Shown in pieces: positions 22,207-32,425 of a DNA stretch of 64,000 bases. This DNA comes from a virus (taxonomy: Duplodnaviria; Heunggongvirae; Uroviricota; Caudoviricetes). Within the stretch, counting starts at the first letter, position 1. Every line of letters begins with the position of its first letter. The translations under genes and the position numbers were made by a program. The notes beneath the pieces were generated by a model. It was not told where the DNA came from. It saw only the letters and a list, made by a program, of their open reading frames with translations, and did not search any database. The DNA is taken from the IMG/VR virus record IMGVR_UViG_3300045988_158394; one strand, given 5' to 3'.

Positions 22207-22697
22207 GCGAAATTAATTACCAGGCACTGCGTGAGGTGGCGGAACGTGCAATTCCAGCAATGGAACGCCTGTTAATGTTGCCAGCTGATGATGACTTGTT
22301 AAGTGAACAGGAACTTAAAGATTACGGTGTGGATATTGATGCGCTCAACGCCTTCAAATTTCTGGCCGGACCAGAAACCGTGCTGGCACTACTTGATGAA
22401 CGGGAAGCAGACAAAAAGCGCATTGCAGAACTGGAAGATCGGGAAATAAAACCAGCCAAAGGTGAAGTTCTTGTCGTTGTTTCTGGTTTTACTGGTTGCG
22501 GAAAAAGCGCCATTGCCGGGGAAATAGAAATCGCGATGAAGGCTATTGGTGTACCGGTTCAGTGGACTAATGGCGATGCGGAAAAGCGCATGACAGGAGC
22601 TGACTGGCTGACAGCGATTGAGATGTACAAACCAACAGTGCGCATCGTGGAAGTTAATGTGCCACGCGCCGCAGGCATTCGCATCAAAGGAGAGTGA
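22203..22697 (+). CDS. Ead/Ea22-like hypothetical protein (paralog 2) with Walker-A-like GFTGCGKS
   Basis: N-terminal NYQALREVAERA parallels the upstream gene; RIAELEDRE coiled coil; GFTGCGKS. Confidence 0.4.
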   Translation: MSEINYQALREVAERAIPAMERLLMLPADDDLLSEQELKDYGVDIDALNAFKFLAGPETVLALLDEREADKKRIAELEDREIKPAKGEVLVVVSGFTGCGKSAIAGEIEIAMKAIGVPVQWTNGDAEKRMTGADWLTAIEMYKPTVRIVEVNVPRAAGIRIKGE

Positions 22698-22896
22698 TAT
22701 GGACAAAAACACACCTGCTTACTGGAGTTTATCACTTGATACTGAATGCCCAAAATGCGGCCACAATTTCGATCTGCTTTGCGATGCTGATTTCTGGGAA
22801 TTTTCTGGAGCAAAACAGGCATGTGAAGAAATAAAAGATTACGAAACATGCTGCCCAGAATGTAACCATGAATTTAAAACAGATTTTGTGTATTGA
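22698..22896 (+). CDS. Small zinc-ribbon protein
   Basis: MDKNTPAY...CPKCGHNFDLLCD...CCPECNHEF (two CxxC pairs); ATG start inside ORF 22618..22896. Confidence 0.4.
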
Positions 22897-22906
22897 GGCA
22901 TAACGA

Positions 22907-24178
22907 ATGACCACTTTTACTAAAGAACAATTAATAGAGATAATTAAGCGCAATATAACGGTTATGGATCGTTATCCTGATTTAGTAACTGCACAAATGG
23001 ATCTGGAAGTATACAAAATCGCGCTGGCATCACTGGAAGCAGAACCAGTTGCTTATATTTTCAAACATCCGGCCGGGAAATTATTCTGGGCTTTAACGGA
23101 TGAAAGCAATAAAGAGCAACCGGACGTTATTCCTGTTTATGCCGCCCCTCCAGTGCCAGTAGTACCTGAAGAAAAACCAATGCCTAACGCTCTAAGCATG
23201 CTTGAAAGAGAGATCACACAACTGATTGGTGATGCGCAGGAAGCCACTGTTACTGGCTATGAGTTAATCGCTGAAGCTTGGCGTTTGATGGATGGACAAG
23301 ACCCTAAAACCAGCGATTGGCATAGCAAGGCTTCGAAGTATTTAAATTCCAATATTGTAGAAAAAGTTGATGATGACCGTATTGAGGCTGTTAAGGCTGT
23401 TTTGCGTAGACTGGCTGGCAACTCTCCGGTAATTCCAGGTGAGGTGCTGTCAGCAATTATGAAGGTTGCCAGGGTTCGTGCCGATTTCGATGATTTTGAC
23501 GGTGACAGGCGAGGTATCGGTGATTGTCTGGATGAGGCTGAGCAAGAGCTTATCGTTACCATTAACAAATATGCCAGTCAGTTGGCAGCAGAACCGATAG
23601 CGACTAATGACGTTCGAGAGCAGCAGACAGCCGTTCCGCCAGTTCCTGTAATACAGGCTGATGTCGCGCAAGCAATTGAAAATCTCAGGCAGAAGTTAGT
23701 GGAATGCAATCGCTATAACTACTGCGCAGATGCAGTTAAGGGCGTAGAGGATGCCTGCCACGCTGCCATGCTTCAGGGTATCCAACCTGTAAGCCAAACT
23801 TACAAGTTTCCAGTTAATACACCTTGCCAGGATGCGCCAGCCCATATCTGGCTGCAAACAGCTGGAGTATGGCCAGAAGATGGCGAGTTAAGCGAATTAA
23901 CGTGGTGCAGCCACAATCAGCACCATGATGACACGCTATATGTTCGAGCTGACTTGGTAAATGGCAATTCTCCGGTAACTCCGGATGGTTGGATAAGCTG
24001 TAGTGAGCGAATGCCCGCTCAAGATGATTGGATTTTAATTTATTCAAAGCACAGTGAGTATATGGCAGGACAGGTGCAAGGGGAATACGTGGAGTTGAGC
24101 GACGGCACTTTATCGTGGTTAGGGAACGCCTTGTTCTGGATGCTGCTACCAGAACCTCCCCAGGAGGCAGGTCAATGA
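22907..24178 (+). CDS. Hypothetical protein
   Basis: 423-aa ORF with RBS; no recognisable motif. Confidence 0.45.
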   Translation: MTTFTKEQLIEIIKRNITVMDRYPDLVTAQMDLEVYKIALASLEAEPVAYIFKHPAGKLFWALTDESNKEQPDVIPVYAAPPVPVVPEEKPMPNALSMLEREITQLIGDAQEATVTGYELIAEAWRLMDGQDPKTSDWHSKASKYLNSNIVEKVDDDRIEAVKAVLRRLAGNSPVIPGEVLSAIMKVARVRADFDDFDGDRRGIGDCLDEAEQELIVTINKYASQLAAEPIATNDVREQQTAVPPVPVIQADVAQAIENLRQKLVECNRYNYCADAVKGVEDACHAAMLQGIQPVSQTYKFPVNTPCQDAPAHIWLQTAGVWPEDGELSELTWCSHNQHHDDTLYVRADLVNGNSPVTPDGWISCSERMPAQDDWILIYSKHSEYMAGQVQGEYVELSDGTLSWLGNALFWMLLPEPPQEAGQ

Positions 24179-24671
24179 GCTGGCCTGAAGCATTCGCAAC
24201 GGTAGGAATTGTGATGGCGGCAGCACTGGGTTTGTATTCAATTTGTCGCTGGTGGTAACGATGGGAAAAATAACTTTTGTAGTCGATTTGAGGATGGTAA
24301 AGAGCCACCTGTTAGCGCCAATCTTGATGTTGCTGGTGGAAGGCTTGTTTCGGTTCTATTTGGTGACAACCGAGATGACTTCTTCCAACCAGAAGAAGTT
24401 GATGTAGTGCGAGAGGCATTAAACGAGTTAAGTGTTGACAACGATGATGCTCATGCGGAAATCATCCAAAAAATGGAACTGCTAACTCACTAAATTATCA
24501 ATTATGGTGCTATCACCTACGACACCGAGAGAAAATTTATAATGTCAAAAGTAAATGTTTTGATTTTTTCAGCAATTGTTGGCTTTGGTTTTACTGCCGG
24601 AGTGCAGATTTATATTACGTGGGAAAAAATCATCAACTACGCATGGAGTTGTTTTATTAAGTGAGGTAAGT

Positions 24672-24965
24672 ATGTGGAGAGGTAATAGTCATGGCAAAAG
24701 CCAGATGATACTTACCGAATATCAGCTCGACCACAAAACCAATAAATCACGTTCAGTATATTTGCTTCGCCACAATAGCCGCGTAAGGAATACCGTACTG
24801 GAGCAAAATCTGACCGTTGAAATGGATAATTACGGGGGCTTCAAGCCAACAATATCGCTTGATGATTTTCCTCGTGGTTTAAGCGAAAGAGAAGCAATGC
24901 TGAAATTAGCAGAATGGCTACAAAGATTAAGCATTGCTATTGAAGATAACTGGTCTGAACCTTAA
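24672..24965 (+). CDS. Hypothetical protein
   Basis: ATG with SD (gtgaggtaagtATG) inside ORF 24576..24965. Confidence 0.35.
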   Translation: MWRGNSHGKSQMILTEYQLDHKTNKSRSVYLLRHNSRVRNTVLEQNLTVEMDNYGGFKPTISLDDFPRGLSEREAMLKLAEWLQRLSIAIEDNWSEP

Positions 24966-24971
24966 ATTAAT

Positions 24972-25346
24972 ATGATGACACTAAAACATTTTCTTGACCG
25001 CCCATTATGGGCGGCAGCCGCAGGCTATGACTTTAATTATATGGATTGCATGTCTTATACTGCCAATGCATACGACCATTCGTTCAGCCTGCTGTTTAAT
25101 TCTTTAAGAATATTGCCGGAAACAGAAGTTGGAGAGCTTCATTTATGGATATTGGGCTTTATCGCGGCTGTCGTTGGTATTGCTGTATGGCCTTTTATTT
25201 TCTGGCTGGTGGCTGTTGTAGTGTGGTTTAAGTGCAAGACATACCGGAGAAAGTATTTCTTAGGTGATGGAATGACTGATATTGCCAAAATGAACATTGA
25301 AAAATGGACTAAGGAATGTGAAAAGAAATGGCGCAAAAAGAAATGA
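24972..25346 (+). CDS. Membrane protein (hypothetical)
   Basis: 124 aa with a hydrophobic stretch LWILGFIAAVVGIAVWPFIFWLVAVVVWF and a basic C-terminus. Confidence 0.4.
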   Translation: MMTLKHFLDRPLWAAAAGYDFNYMDCMSYTANAYDHSFSLLFNSLRILPETEVGELHLWILGFIAAVVGIAVWPFIFWLVAVVVWFKCKTYRRKYFLGDGMTDIAKMNIEKWTKECEKKWRKKK

Positions 25347-26260
25347 CCAGAATCACTGAAGAGCGTATATCAGAGACTATTTCCCGTATCGAAATGTATG
25401 GTCACGGTGCTGGATATACGGCAGATGAAGTATTGGCACTTGCCCAAATGGCTTTGGCGGCTTGCAAAGATGATAAAAAAATGAAGCTTATCGACTTGTT
25501 AGTGAAGGAGCTGTCTAAGTGCGGCGGGTGGCCTGATGGAATGAGTTATTGTTACCTACCCAGTGTCAATTTAATGGCACCATGCGCGACTTTTGCTTTT
25601 GGCTCAGACCACAAAAAAGACACTTTCTTTGGGCGCAATTTTTGTTGTGAGATTGAGCTTCCAATTGGTGACCTTGATAGCGATGAATACCAGTCAGTTG
25701 TCACTCGCGAACAATACGAATCAGCTCTCATAGCGTCGCAGAAAGTCGAGTTCAATGGTGATGAACTTGAAAGTAAGACTTACAGGTTGGATTTTGGGCA
25801 ATGGCTGGAACAGCAACGCGGGAAAATCGATGTGGACTGTGGTTGTGTGTCCACTGAAACATTCATGCACTGGCTGCGGGTAGCTTACGAGGCTGGCAAC
25901 TATCCGGACATTCCGGATAGTTCGGTGCCAGCGAAAGGAAAGGGCGTCCCCGGTGAACGTATCCGAATTAAGCCGCATGTTTATCGCGAACTGGTTAACC
26001 GCCTCCACGATACAGCGGTCAAGTGTGCTGGCACCCAGCAATTACGAGAAAGAATTAGCCGTGTTTTGGGCGACGTTATTACGCCAGATCATCATAAACA
26101 AGCCGAGAAAAGTGACCTAGAAAGGTGTCACCTTGAGGCGGCATTAAACATTAAGCCGGGGCATACGCTTGGCATTATCGATGCTCTGTTGGTTCATAAG
26201 ATGGCCATGGCTTTATTGCCGTTGGTGGATGCTGGCGATACAAGCGAGGGTGAAGTATGA
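25328..26260 (+). CDS. Hypothetical protein
   Basis: 310 aa, Cys-rich mid-region. Confidence 0.4.
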   Translation: MAQKEMTRITEERISETISRIEMYGHGAGYTADEVLALAQMALAACKDDKKMKLIDLLVKELSKCGGWPDGMSYCYLPSVNLMAPCATFAFGSDHKKDTFFGRNFCCEIELPIGDLDSDEYQSVVTREQYESALIASQKVEFNGDELESKTYRLDFGQWLEQQRGKIDVDCGCVSTETFMHWLRVAYEAGNYPDIPDSSVPAKGKGVPGERIRIKPHVYRELVNRLHDTAVKCAGTQQLRERISRVLGDVITPDHHKQAEKSDLERCHLEAALNIKPGHTLGIIDALLVHKMAMALLPLVDAGDTSEGEV

Positions 26261-26619
26261 GAGTTGCAGATCACATCAAACACCTTGAAAGAATTATCGA
26301 AAACGGTGAACTCTTAAGAGATCAGATGAGACGCACGGCAGAAGTCAGAGAGGCGATAATCCGCAGTCAGGCTGGTAAATTAAAGCAATTGTCAGAGATT
26401 AACGCGCTATACAAGAACAGACGTAACCGGGCGGCGCGGCGGCTTCAGAAAGCACGTAATGAAATTAAATTGGTGGAGGCAAAACTGAAAAAACAGATTC
26501 AGCGTTACGATCAGCAAGATGCTTTTTATGCCGCCATCAAGGCGGCTGCTAATGAAATAGGCATCTGGAAGTTGCTGGTGGAGAAAGCAAAGACGAAGTT
26601 AAATGCCAACGAAAGCTGA
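26257..26619 (+). CDS. Hypothetical coiled-coil protein
   Basis: 120 aa, basic, heptad-rich. Confidence 0.4.
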   Translation: MRVADHIKHLERIIENGELLRDQMRRTAEVREAIIRSQAGKLKQLSEINALYKNRRNRAARRLQKARNEIKLVEAKLKKQIQRYDQQDAFYAAIKAAANEIGIWKLLVEKAKTKLNANES

Positions 26620-26694
26620 ACTACAGGTACCCACCAGCACATACAGAAAATGATTGTTTCCACATCAAGGAGATTTTAATGTTTCACTGAAACA

Positions 26695-26832
26695 TTAAGT
26701 AAGCCAGTGCATAATTCCATTTTTTACTGACCTTAAAAGCAAAATCAAAACGATGATGAGGATAATAGCCAGAATCTGGCTAATAACAGGCGCATCTAAA
26801 AATGCACTCAGGAACTGAAAAAAAGCAGTCAT
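26695..26832 (-). CDS. Small hydrophobic peptide (45 aa)
   Basis: MTAFFQFLSAFLDAPVISQILAIILIIVLILLLRSVKNGIMHWLT; AGGA-type SD about 9 nt upstream; perfect palindrome aatgtttca(c)tgaaacatt just past the stop. Confidence 0.3.
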   Translation of the reverse strand: MTAFFQFLSAFLDAPVISQILAIILIIVLILLLRSVKNGIMHWLT

Positions 26833-27269
26833 TAAGGTGGTTCCTTGTCAAATGTAAAGGAGCACTTGCTCACGTTGACGTAGAAACCCAACCCTTATAT
26901 AGTTGGATTCGGTGAAAGAAAGTCGTTAACGTGAGCTTACGGCACATGTTTTCGGAACAACATCAGGGAACGGCTAATTCCTTGATGCGGGTGGGGTCTG
27001 TAATGCAGACCCTATCTATTAACGTCATGATTGCATCTCAAATTTTCTCCTTATCTTCATTAATCAAAATTCATTTCATTTGTGAAACATCACAATATTT
27101 AGAAAATGGCCCTCTTGCAAGTGCATAACTTTGTGGATAAATCAGGAAGAAAAAAGTTGATTCTGCGCACGGCAAGGCAGATAAGCTGTGCACAAAAATC
27201 AATGGGAGAAGAAAAAAAATTAAAAGTTACTTTGCTGGTTAAATAATAGTCGTTACTCAATTATTCTGG

Positions 27270-27533
27270 ATGGGATTTGATATGTACGATTGGAATATTG
27301 CAGCTAAAAGTCAGGAAGAACGGGATAAGGTTAACGTTGATCTGGCTGCCAGCGGTGTGGCGTACAAAGAGCGATTGAACATACCTGTCATAGCTGAACA
27401 GGTAGCCCGCGAGCAACCAGAGAATCTGCGCACCTATTTCATGGAACGGCTACGGCACTACTGGCAGTTAAGCCTCCAGTTGCCAAAAGGGAGCGATCCG
27501 GCATATCAGAAAGATGATGCCGTAAAGAAATAG
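27270..27533 (+). CDS. hot: DNA Pol III theta-subunit (HolE) homolog
   Basis: [43 protein letters not shown] matches E. coli HolE as I recall it. Confidence 0.75.
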   Translation: MGFDMYDWNIAAKSQEERDKVNVDLAASGVAYKERLNIPVIAEQVAREQPENLRTYFMERLRHYWQLSLQLPKGSDPAYQKDDAVKK

Positions 27534-27659
27534 CGGTAGTTAACCGTTTTGAACTTCTCGTATCCTGGCAATGACAGCTTCATGCTGGGCTTGGATAGCG
27601 GCTTTTTCGTTTTCAAGTCGGGCAATAGACATCTCTAATTCTTTGCTGTACCAGGCGAG

Positions 27660-28112
27660 TTAGGCCAGGTTCATCCGGTTGTGGTCGAGAGTTGGAGACA
27701 CTTCGACGCGCTCCCTTTCTTCCTGCTTTAATGAGAAGAGATTCATCTCATCCCTTGAGGAAAATTCAGCAACAATTTCTTGTTGATGATCCGGTCGCTG
27801 CGGCATCCTCGCCAGTATAAATGGCGGTTCTTTTGAAAACATGAATGTCGGCTGTGACCGTGTTTTCACCCATCTAGCCTGCTGTCTTTCGGCAAGTTCA
27901 CAGGCTTCATCATAGTTATTTGCCAAACCAAGCACGGATGGACGGTCCCACGCGCCACCATTCAGACAATAAACAACAATTTTCCCGTCATGTTCTGTAA
28001 CCCCATAGGGATGGTCCCACCAGGCGTCCAGCTGAGCTTTAGAGCGTTTCTCGTTAGGAGTGCAGTCAAAATTTTTGGGCAATACAGGATCGAGAGGAAT
28101 GCCATTAGGCAT
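27660..28112 (-). CDS. lxr: Hypothetical protein divergent from humD (lxr position)
   Basis: 150 aa, minus strand; shares the intergenic region that holds the LexA box. Confidence 0.4.
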   Translation of the reverse strand: MPNGIPLDPVLPKNFDCTPNEKRSKAQLDAWWDHPYGVTEHDGKIVVYCLNGGAWDRPSVLGLANNYDEACELAERQQARWVKTRSQPTFMFSKEPPFILARMPQRPDHQQEIVAEFSSRDEMNLFSLKQEERERVEVSPTLDHNRMNLA

Positions 28113-28249
28113 AGCTAATTCCTTATTAACTGATTGGCAACGAGGTTACGCTGATCCGTTGGTGATGAATAGTAGCAAAGCGCACAAAATCATCAGCGGT
28201 TGTTGATGTACGTAACGCGTTTGCACCAAAGGTGTCTCTTTAATGTATA

Positions 28250-28265
28250 CTGTATAAATGAACAG
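28250..28265. promoter_or_regulatory. LexA box (SOS operator)
   Basis: CTGTATAAATGAACAG (CTGT-N8-ACAG), within TACTGTATAAATGAACAGTA, about 22 bp upstream of the humD ATG. Confidence 0.65.
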
Positions 28266-28286
28266 TATTATTGAGGTGAAAACGCT

Positions 28287-28676
28287 ATGGGCTTCCCTTC
28301 TCCTGCGGCGGATTATGTTGAAAGCCGAATTTCTCTTGATCAGCAACTAATCAGGCATCCATCAGCAACCTACTTCATGCGGGCAGCTGATAGCCATCAC
28401 CGTGAGGGAATATTGCAGGGTGCTTTGCTGGTGGTTGATTCCTCGCTTACTCCGGTTGATGGTTCTCTGCTTGTGTGCGCTATGGAGGGTGAATATCGCA
28501 TAAAGAGATACAGGAAGTATCCGCGCCAGCACCTGGAGGATTTAAGCACCGGGAAGAAAGAGGCGTTACCAGTAGATGACGATGGATACACGGGCAGTAA
28601 TGCTGTTTTTGGTGTGATCACTCATGTCATCAATGATGCCCGAAGTGGGGAATTTGATGATTGTCCGGTGATTTAA
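28287..28676 (+). CDS. humD: UmuD'-like S24 peptidase-family protein
   Basis: 129 aa; LexA/UmuD-type C-terminal domain signature; LexA box upstream. Confidence 0.75.
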   Translation: MGFPSPAADYVESRISLDQQLIRHPSATYFMRAADSHHREGILQGALLVVDSSLTPVDGSLLVCAMEGEYRIKRYRKYPRQHLEDLSTGKKEALPVDDDGYTGSNAVFGVITHVINDARSGEFDDCPVI

Positions 28677-28748
28677 GCTGCAAAGTGCTGGTGCTTTATG
28701 CCTGTGAAGTTTATAATTGTGTACACATAACGAGTACACGAGGTGTTT

Positions 28749-28970
28749 ATGCGATCCATTAACTTCCGTACCGCGCGCGGCAACCTTTCTGAAGTGCTCA
28801 ACAATGTTGAAGCCGGGGAAGAGGTTGAAATCACCCGCAGAGGCCGTGAGCCAGCAGTAATTGTCAGCAAGGCTACTTTCGAAGCCTACAAAAAAGCGGC
28901 GCTGGATGCTGAATTTGCATCCCTGTTTGACACCCTGGACTCCACCAACAAGGAACTGGTTAACCGATAA
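28749..28970 (+). CDS. phd: Phd antitoxin
   Basis: 73 aa; [37 protein letters not shown]... matches P1 Phd; ATG at 28749 inside ORF 28743..28970. Confidence 0.9.
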   Translation: MRSINFRTARGNLSEVLNNVEAGEEVEITRRGREPAVIVSKATFEAYKKAALDAEFASLFDTLDSTNKELVNR

Positions 28971-29350
28971 TGAGGCATATATCACCGGAAGAACTTATTG
29001 CGCTTCATGATGCGAATATAAACCGCTACGGCGGCCTGCCGGGAATGTCAGATCCGGGTAGGGCAGAGGCCATTATCGGGAGAGTTCAGGCCAGAGTTGC
29101 CTACGAAGAGATCACCGACCTTTTCGAAGTCTCCGCCACCTACCTGGTGGCTACAGCGAGAGGGCATATATTCAATGATGCCAATAAGCGTACCGCGCTA
29201 AACAGTGCGCTGTTATTTCTACGCCGTAACGGGGTGCAGGTATTTGACTCCCCTGAACTGGTAGACCTTACCGTAGGGGCTGCGACCGGAGAGATATCTG
29301 TATCTACTGTCGCCGCCACGTTACGTAGATTGTATGGTTCTGCGGAGTAG
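28970..29350 (+). CDS. doc: Doc toxin (Fic-family kinase)
   Basis: 126 aa, start overlaps phd stop; Fic-like [11 protein letters not shown] motif. Confidence 0.9.
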   Translation: MRHISPEELIALHDANINRYGGLPGMSDPGRAEAIIGRVQARVAYEEITDLFEVSATYLVATARGHIFNDANKRTALNSALLFLRRNGVQVFDSPELVDLTVGAATGEISVSTVAATLRRLYGSAE

Positions 29351-29534
29351 ATCAATGGCACGTAAATACAACAAATTGTCCCGTAGAGCGTTAAAGATGC
29401 TTCTTGATGGCGTGAGTCGCCGCGAGGTAAAGCAATACCTGGTTGGTAAGCAAATTGGTGCCAGGACCGCTATTGCTGTGTTATGCCGTCAGGAAATGGT
29501 TGTGCTTAAACAGAGAATGCCGGGCAGCAGATAA
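29334..29534 (+). CDS. pdcA: Small basic protein downstream of doc
   Basis: 66 aa, overlaps doc 3' end. Confidence 0.35.
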   Translation: MVLRSRSMARKYNKLSRRALKMLLDGVSRREVKQYLVGKQIGARTAIAVLCRQEMVVLKQRMPGSR

Positions 29535-29561
29535 AGCCCAATCAGTGATGAAAGGTGTGAT

Positions 29562-30605
29562 GTGAAAGCCGTAATTACTCCCTTTGTACAAAAAGAGCTT
29601 GGCGTCGCCACATTCAAAGTGGATCAGGAAGTCAGAAAGCTGGTGGAGGCTGGCCGTAAATTTATTATGGAGCCGGTGCCGCGTGAGTTAATCGAGCACA
29701 TGGACGACGGCCTCGTTGTTTCCGAGCAAACTATGGCAACAAATGAGGCGTTGCAGCCGTTTTTTAACAGCGATGAACTGTTTCGCCGTATTGGTGGAAT
29801 TGACGCGCTGGTGGCGTGGTTGCGTAGGAAAGAGGGTCAATGCCAGGCCGCAGATCGTAGTTGGTGTGACAACCATATTGTCCACGCTGAACGAGACAAT
29901 AGCGCGGTGTTGTTGTGCTGGCATCACGATAACCATTACCGGATGCGTGGTTTTAATGAGCTGAAAGAAACGCTGCATAATAATCGCGTTAACTGGATAC
30001 TGGATGTCGCCCGTCAGGAAATGGGGCTTTCAGATGGCCATGATTTAAGTATTCAGGAACTGTGCTGGTGGGCTTTCATGCGCAACATGATGCACCTGAT
30101 GCCGGAAGAAGTTTGCCGTATATCAATAAATAAGATGAAAGCCGCAACGCAGGATAGCGGACCTCTGAAAGAGGCGGATATTCGCCCGTATGACGATCGC
30201 GCTACAGCATATGTTCAGATGATGGAAGAACGCGCCGCGCCGATGCGTGCAAAAGTATGCTCTGTGGATGTTGACTCCGACCCTGGCATGGCGCATTTCA
30301 AAATACCAAAACTGCAATCGCTAAAATTACCTGAGTACATGGACTTTGTTGCTTCCCGTCCATGCTGTGGGTGTGGAGCGGCGGGAGCTGGCGCTCACAT
30401 TACGCCTTATATCGTTCGTCATAGTCGATTATGCGCGCATGACATTTACGCAATTCCTCTGTGCCAGTCATGCCAGCGTGATATTGAGCGTGACCGCGAT
30501 AATTGGGAGAAGACGCACGGTAGGCTGGCGATGCATCAACGATTGTTCTTTGATTACGCGCTTGGAGTCGGCGCTATCACAAGTCACTCGTCGAGTGTTA
30601 GATAA
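29562..30605 (+). CDS. pdcB: Hypothetical protein downstream of doc (Cys/His-rich)
   Basis: 347-aa ORF; name by position only. Confidence 0.45.
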   Translation: MKAVITPFVQKELGVATFKVDQEVRKLVEAGRKFIMEPVPRELIEHMDDGLVVSEQTMATNEALQPFFNSDELFRRIGGIDALVAWLRRKEGQCQAADRSWCDNHIVHAERDNSAVLLCWHHDNHYRMRGFNELKETLHNNRVNWILDVARQEMGLSDGHDLSIQELCWWAFMRNMMHLMPEEVCRISINKMKAATQDSGPLKEADIRPYDDRATAYVQMMEERAAPMRAKVCSVDVDSDPGMAHFKIPKLQSLKLPEYMDFVASRPCCGCGAAGAGAHITPYIVRHSRLCAHDIYAIPLCQSCQRDIERDRDNWEKTHGRLAMHQRLFFDYALGVGAITSHSSSVR

Positions 30606-30622
30606 AATTGCTCTAATGTATT
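30606..30622 (+). promoter_or_regulatory. C1 operator
   Basis: ATTGCTCTAATGTATTG immediately after the upstream stop. Confidence 0.5.
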
Positions 30623-30693
30623 GCTATTTCTTTAATCGATGGTATTATATTCCACGTTGATTAGTTGACATGGGCTAATCAGTAGGTGACAGG

Positions 30694-31146
30694 ATGTTAC
30701 TTAACTGGCAGGGACGCCACTTCATGGAAATAAAACACTCACGAATAACATCGTACGAGATTGCGGATTACATGATCCGCACTAAATCTCTTCTATCAGC
30801 GAAAGAACTCGCAGCAATTCTTGAAAAGGAATACCCGCATCTGGATGTCGATAAGCGCGATGTTTATCTGCGCTTAAAGGCTATCGCTGTGTCTAAGTAT
30901 TCGTCTGTTTTGATTGATGACAGTACACGCCCACGTAGATTTCAGATCCACTCTCTGAATCCTGAATTCTTTCGCCGTAGCCGCGCTCCGCGCCGGTTTG
31001 ATGAAAAACTCCAGAACGAACTCTATATGACGCAGGACGAAAAGGAACGCCGGGAGCACCAGCCTTGGGTAATGGCGCGTCAACTTTTCAATAAGGTGGC
31101 CCGTCAGCACCGTCATTACGGTAATGCCACATCCGCACGTATCTGA
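30694..31146 (+). CDS. lpa: Late promoter activator-like protein
   Basis: Position just upstream of pacA and downstream of a C1 operator matches P1 lpa; start may be the internal MEIKHSR. Confidence 0.5.
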   Translation: MLLNWQGRHFMEIKHSRITSYEIADYMIRTKSLLSAKELAAILEKEYPHLDVDKRDVYLRLKAIAVSKYSSVLIDDSTRPRRFQIHSLNPEFFRRSRAPRRFDEKLQNELYMTQDEKERREHQPWVMARQLFNKVARQHRHYGNATSARI

Positions 31147-31231
31147 TTGATTGCTTGCCCGTTCCGGGCCTTTTGACATGTGACTTTCGTTACCCTCGCG
31201 TCAAAAAGAGTTTTTACGAAAGGAAGCATAA

Positions 31232-32425
31232 GTGACCTGGGACGATCACAAAAAGAATTTTGCTCGCCTGGCGCGAGATGGTGGTTACACCATCGCACAG
31301 TATGCCGCCGAGTTTAATCTTAACCCTAATACCGCACGTCGTTATCTCCGTGCCTTCAAAGAAGACACCAGGACTGCGGACAGCCGCAAGCCAAATAAGC
31401 CAGTCAGGAAGCCACTAAAAAGCATGATCATTGATCACTCTAATGATCAACATGCAGGTGATCATATTGCGGCTGAAATAGCGGAAAAACAGAGAGTTAA
31501 TGCCGTTGTCAGTGCCGCAGTCGAGAATGCGAAGCGCCAAAATAAGCGCATAAATGATCGTTCAGATGATCATGACGTGATCACCCGCGCCCACCGGACC
31601 TTACGTGATCGCCTGGAACGCGACACCCTGGATGATGATGGTGAACGCTTTGAATTCGAAGCTGGCGATTACCTGATAGATAACGTTGAAGCGCGGAAGG
31701 CCGCGCGCGCTATGTTGCGTCGGTCCGGGGCCGATGTTCTGGAAACCACTCTTCTTGAAAAGTCTCTTTCTCATCTCCTTATGCTGGAGAACGCCAGGGA
31801 TACGTGTATTCGCCTGGTGCAGGAAATGCGCGATCAGCAAAAGGACGATGATGAAGGTACTCCGCCTGAATACCGTATCGCGAGCATGCTAAACAGCTGT
31901 TCCGCGCAGATAAGCAGCCTGATCAACACCATTTACAGCATCCGGAATAACTATCGAAAAGAAAGCCGGGAGGCGGAAAAGCACGCTTTGTCTATGGGGC
32001 AAGCTGGCATTGTTAAGCTGGCATACGAACGAAAGCGTGAAAATAACTGGTCAGTGCTGGAAGCAGCTGAATTCATCGAGGCGCATGGCGGGAAAGTGCC
32101 GCCCCTGATGCTGGAGCAAATCAAAGCCGATCTGCGTGCTCCGAAGACCAATACCGATGATGAGGAAAGGCAAACAGCCGTCGGTGGCCCTTCTCTTGAA
32201 GATCTGGACAAAGTTGCGCGAGAACGGGCCGCCAACCGCCGCGCCGATGCCGCATTGTGGATTGAGCAGCGTAGGGAAGAAATCGCCGATATCGTTGATA
32301 CAGGCGGTTATGGAGATGTTGATACTGAAGGTGTATCAAACGACCCATGGCTGGAACAAGACCTGGACGAAGACGAGGAGGAAGACGAAGAAGTTACCCG
32401 CAAGCTATACGGGGATGATGATTAA
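31232..32425 (+). CDS. pacA: Terminase small/pac-recognition subunit PacA
   Basis: 397 aa (the P1 PacA size); contains the pac site; acidic C-terminus; GTG start. Confidence 0.9.
   Translation: MTWDDHKKNFARLARDGGYTIAQYAAEFNLNPNTARRYLRAFKEDTRTADSRKPNKPVRKPLKSMIIDHSNDQHAGDHIAAEIAEKQRVNAVVSAAVENAKRQNKRINDRSDDHDVITRAHRTLRDRLERDTLDDDGERFEFEAGDYLIDNVEARKAARAMLRRSGADVLETTLLEKSLSHLLMLENARDTCIRLVQEMRDQQKDDDEGTPPEYRIASMLNSCSAQISSLINTIYSIRNNYRKESREAEKHALSMGQAGIVKLAYERKRENNWSVLEAAEFIEAHGGKVPPLMLEQIKADLRAPKTNTDDEERQTAVGGPSLEDLDKVARERAANRRADAALWIEQRREEIADIVDTGGYGDVDTEGVSNDPWLEQDLDEDEEEDEEVTRKLYGDDD
31425..31583. other. pac packaging site (4 + 3 TGATCA/G hexamer elements)
   Basis: Four TGATCA at about 31425, 31432, 31444, 31459 and three TGATCG/A at about 31555, 31567, 31578, each containing a Dam GATC site. 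Confidence 0.8.
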
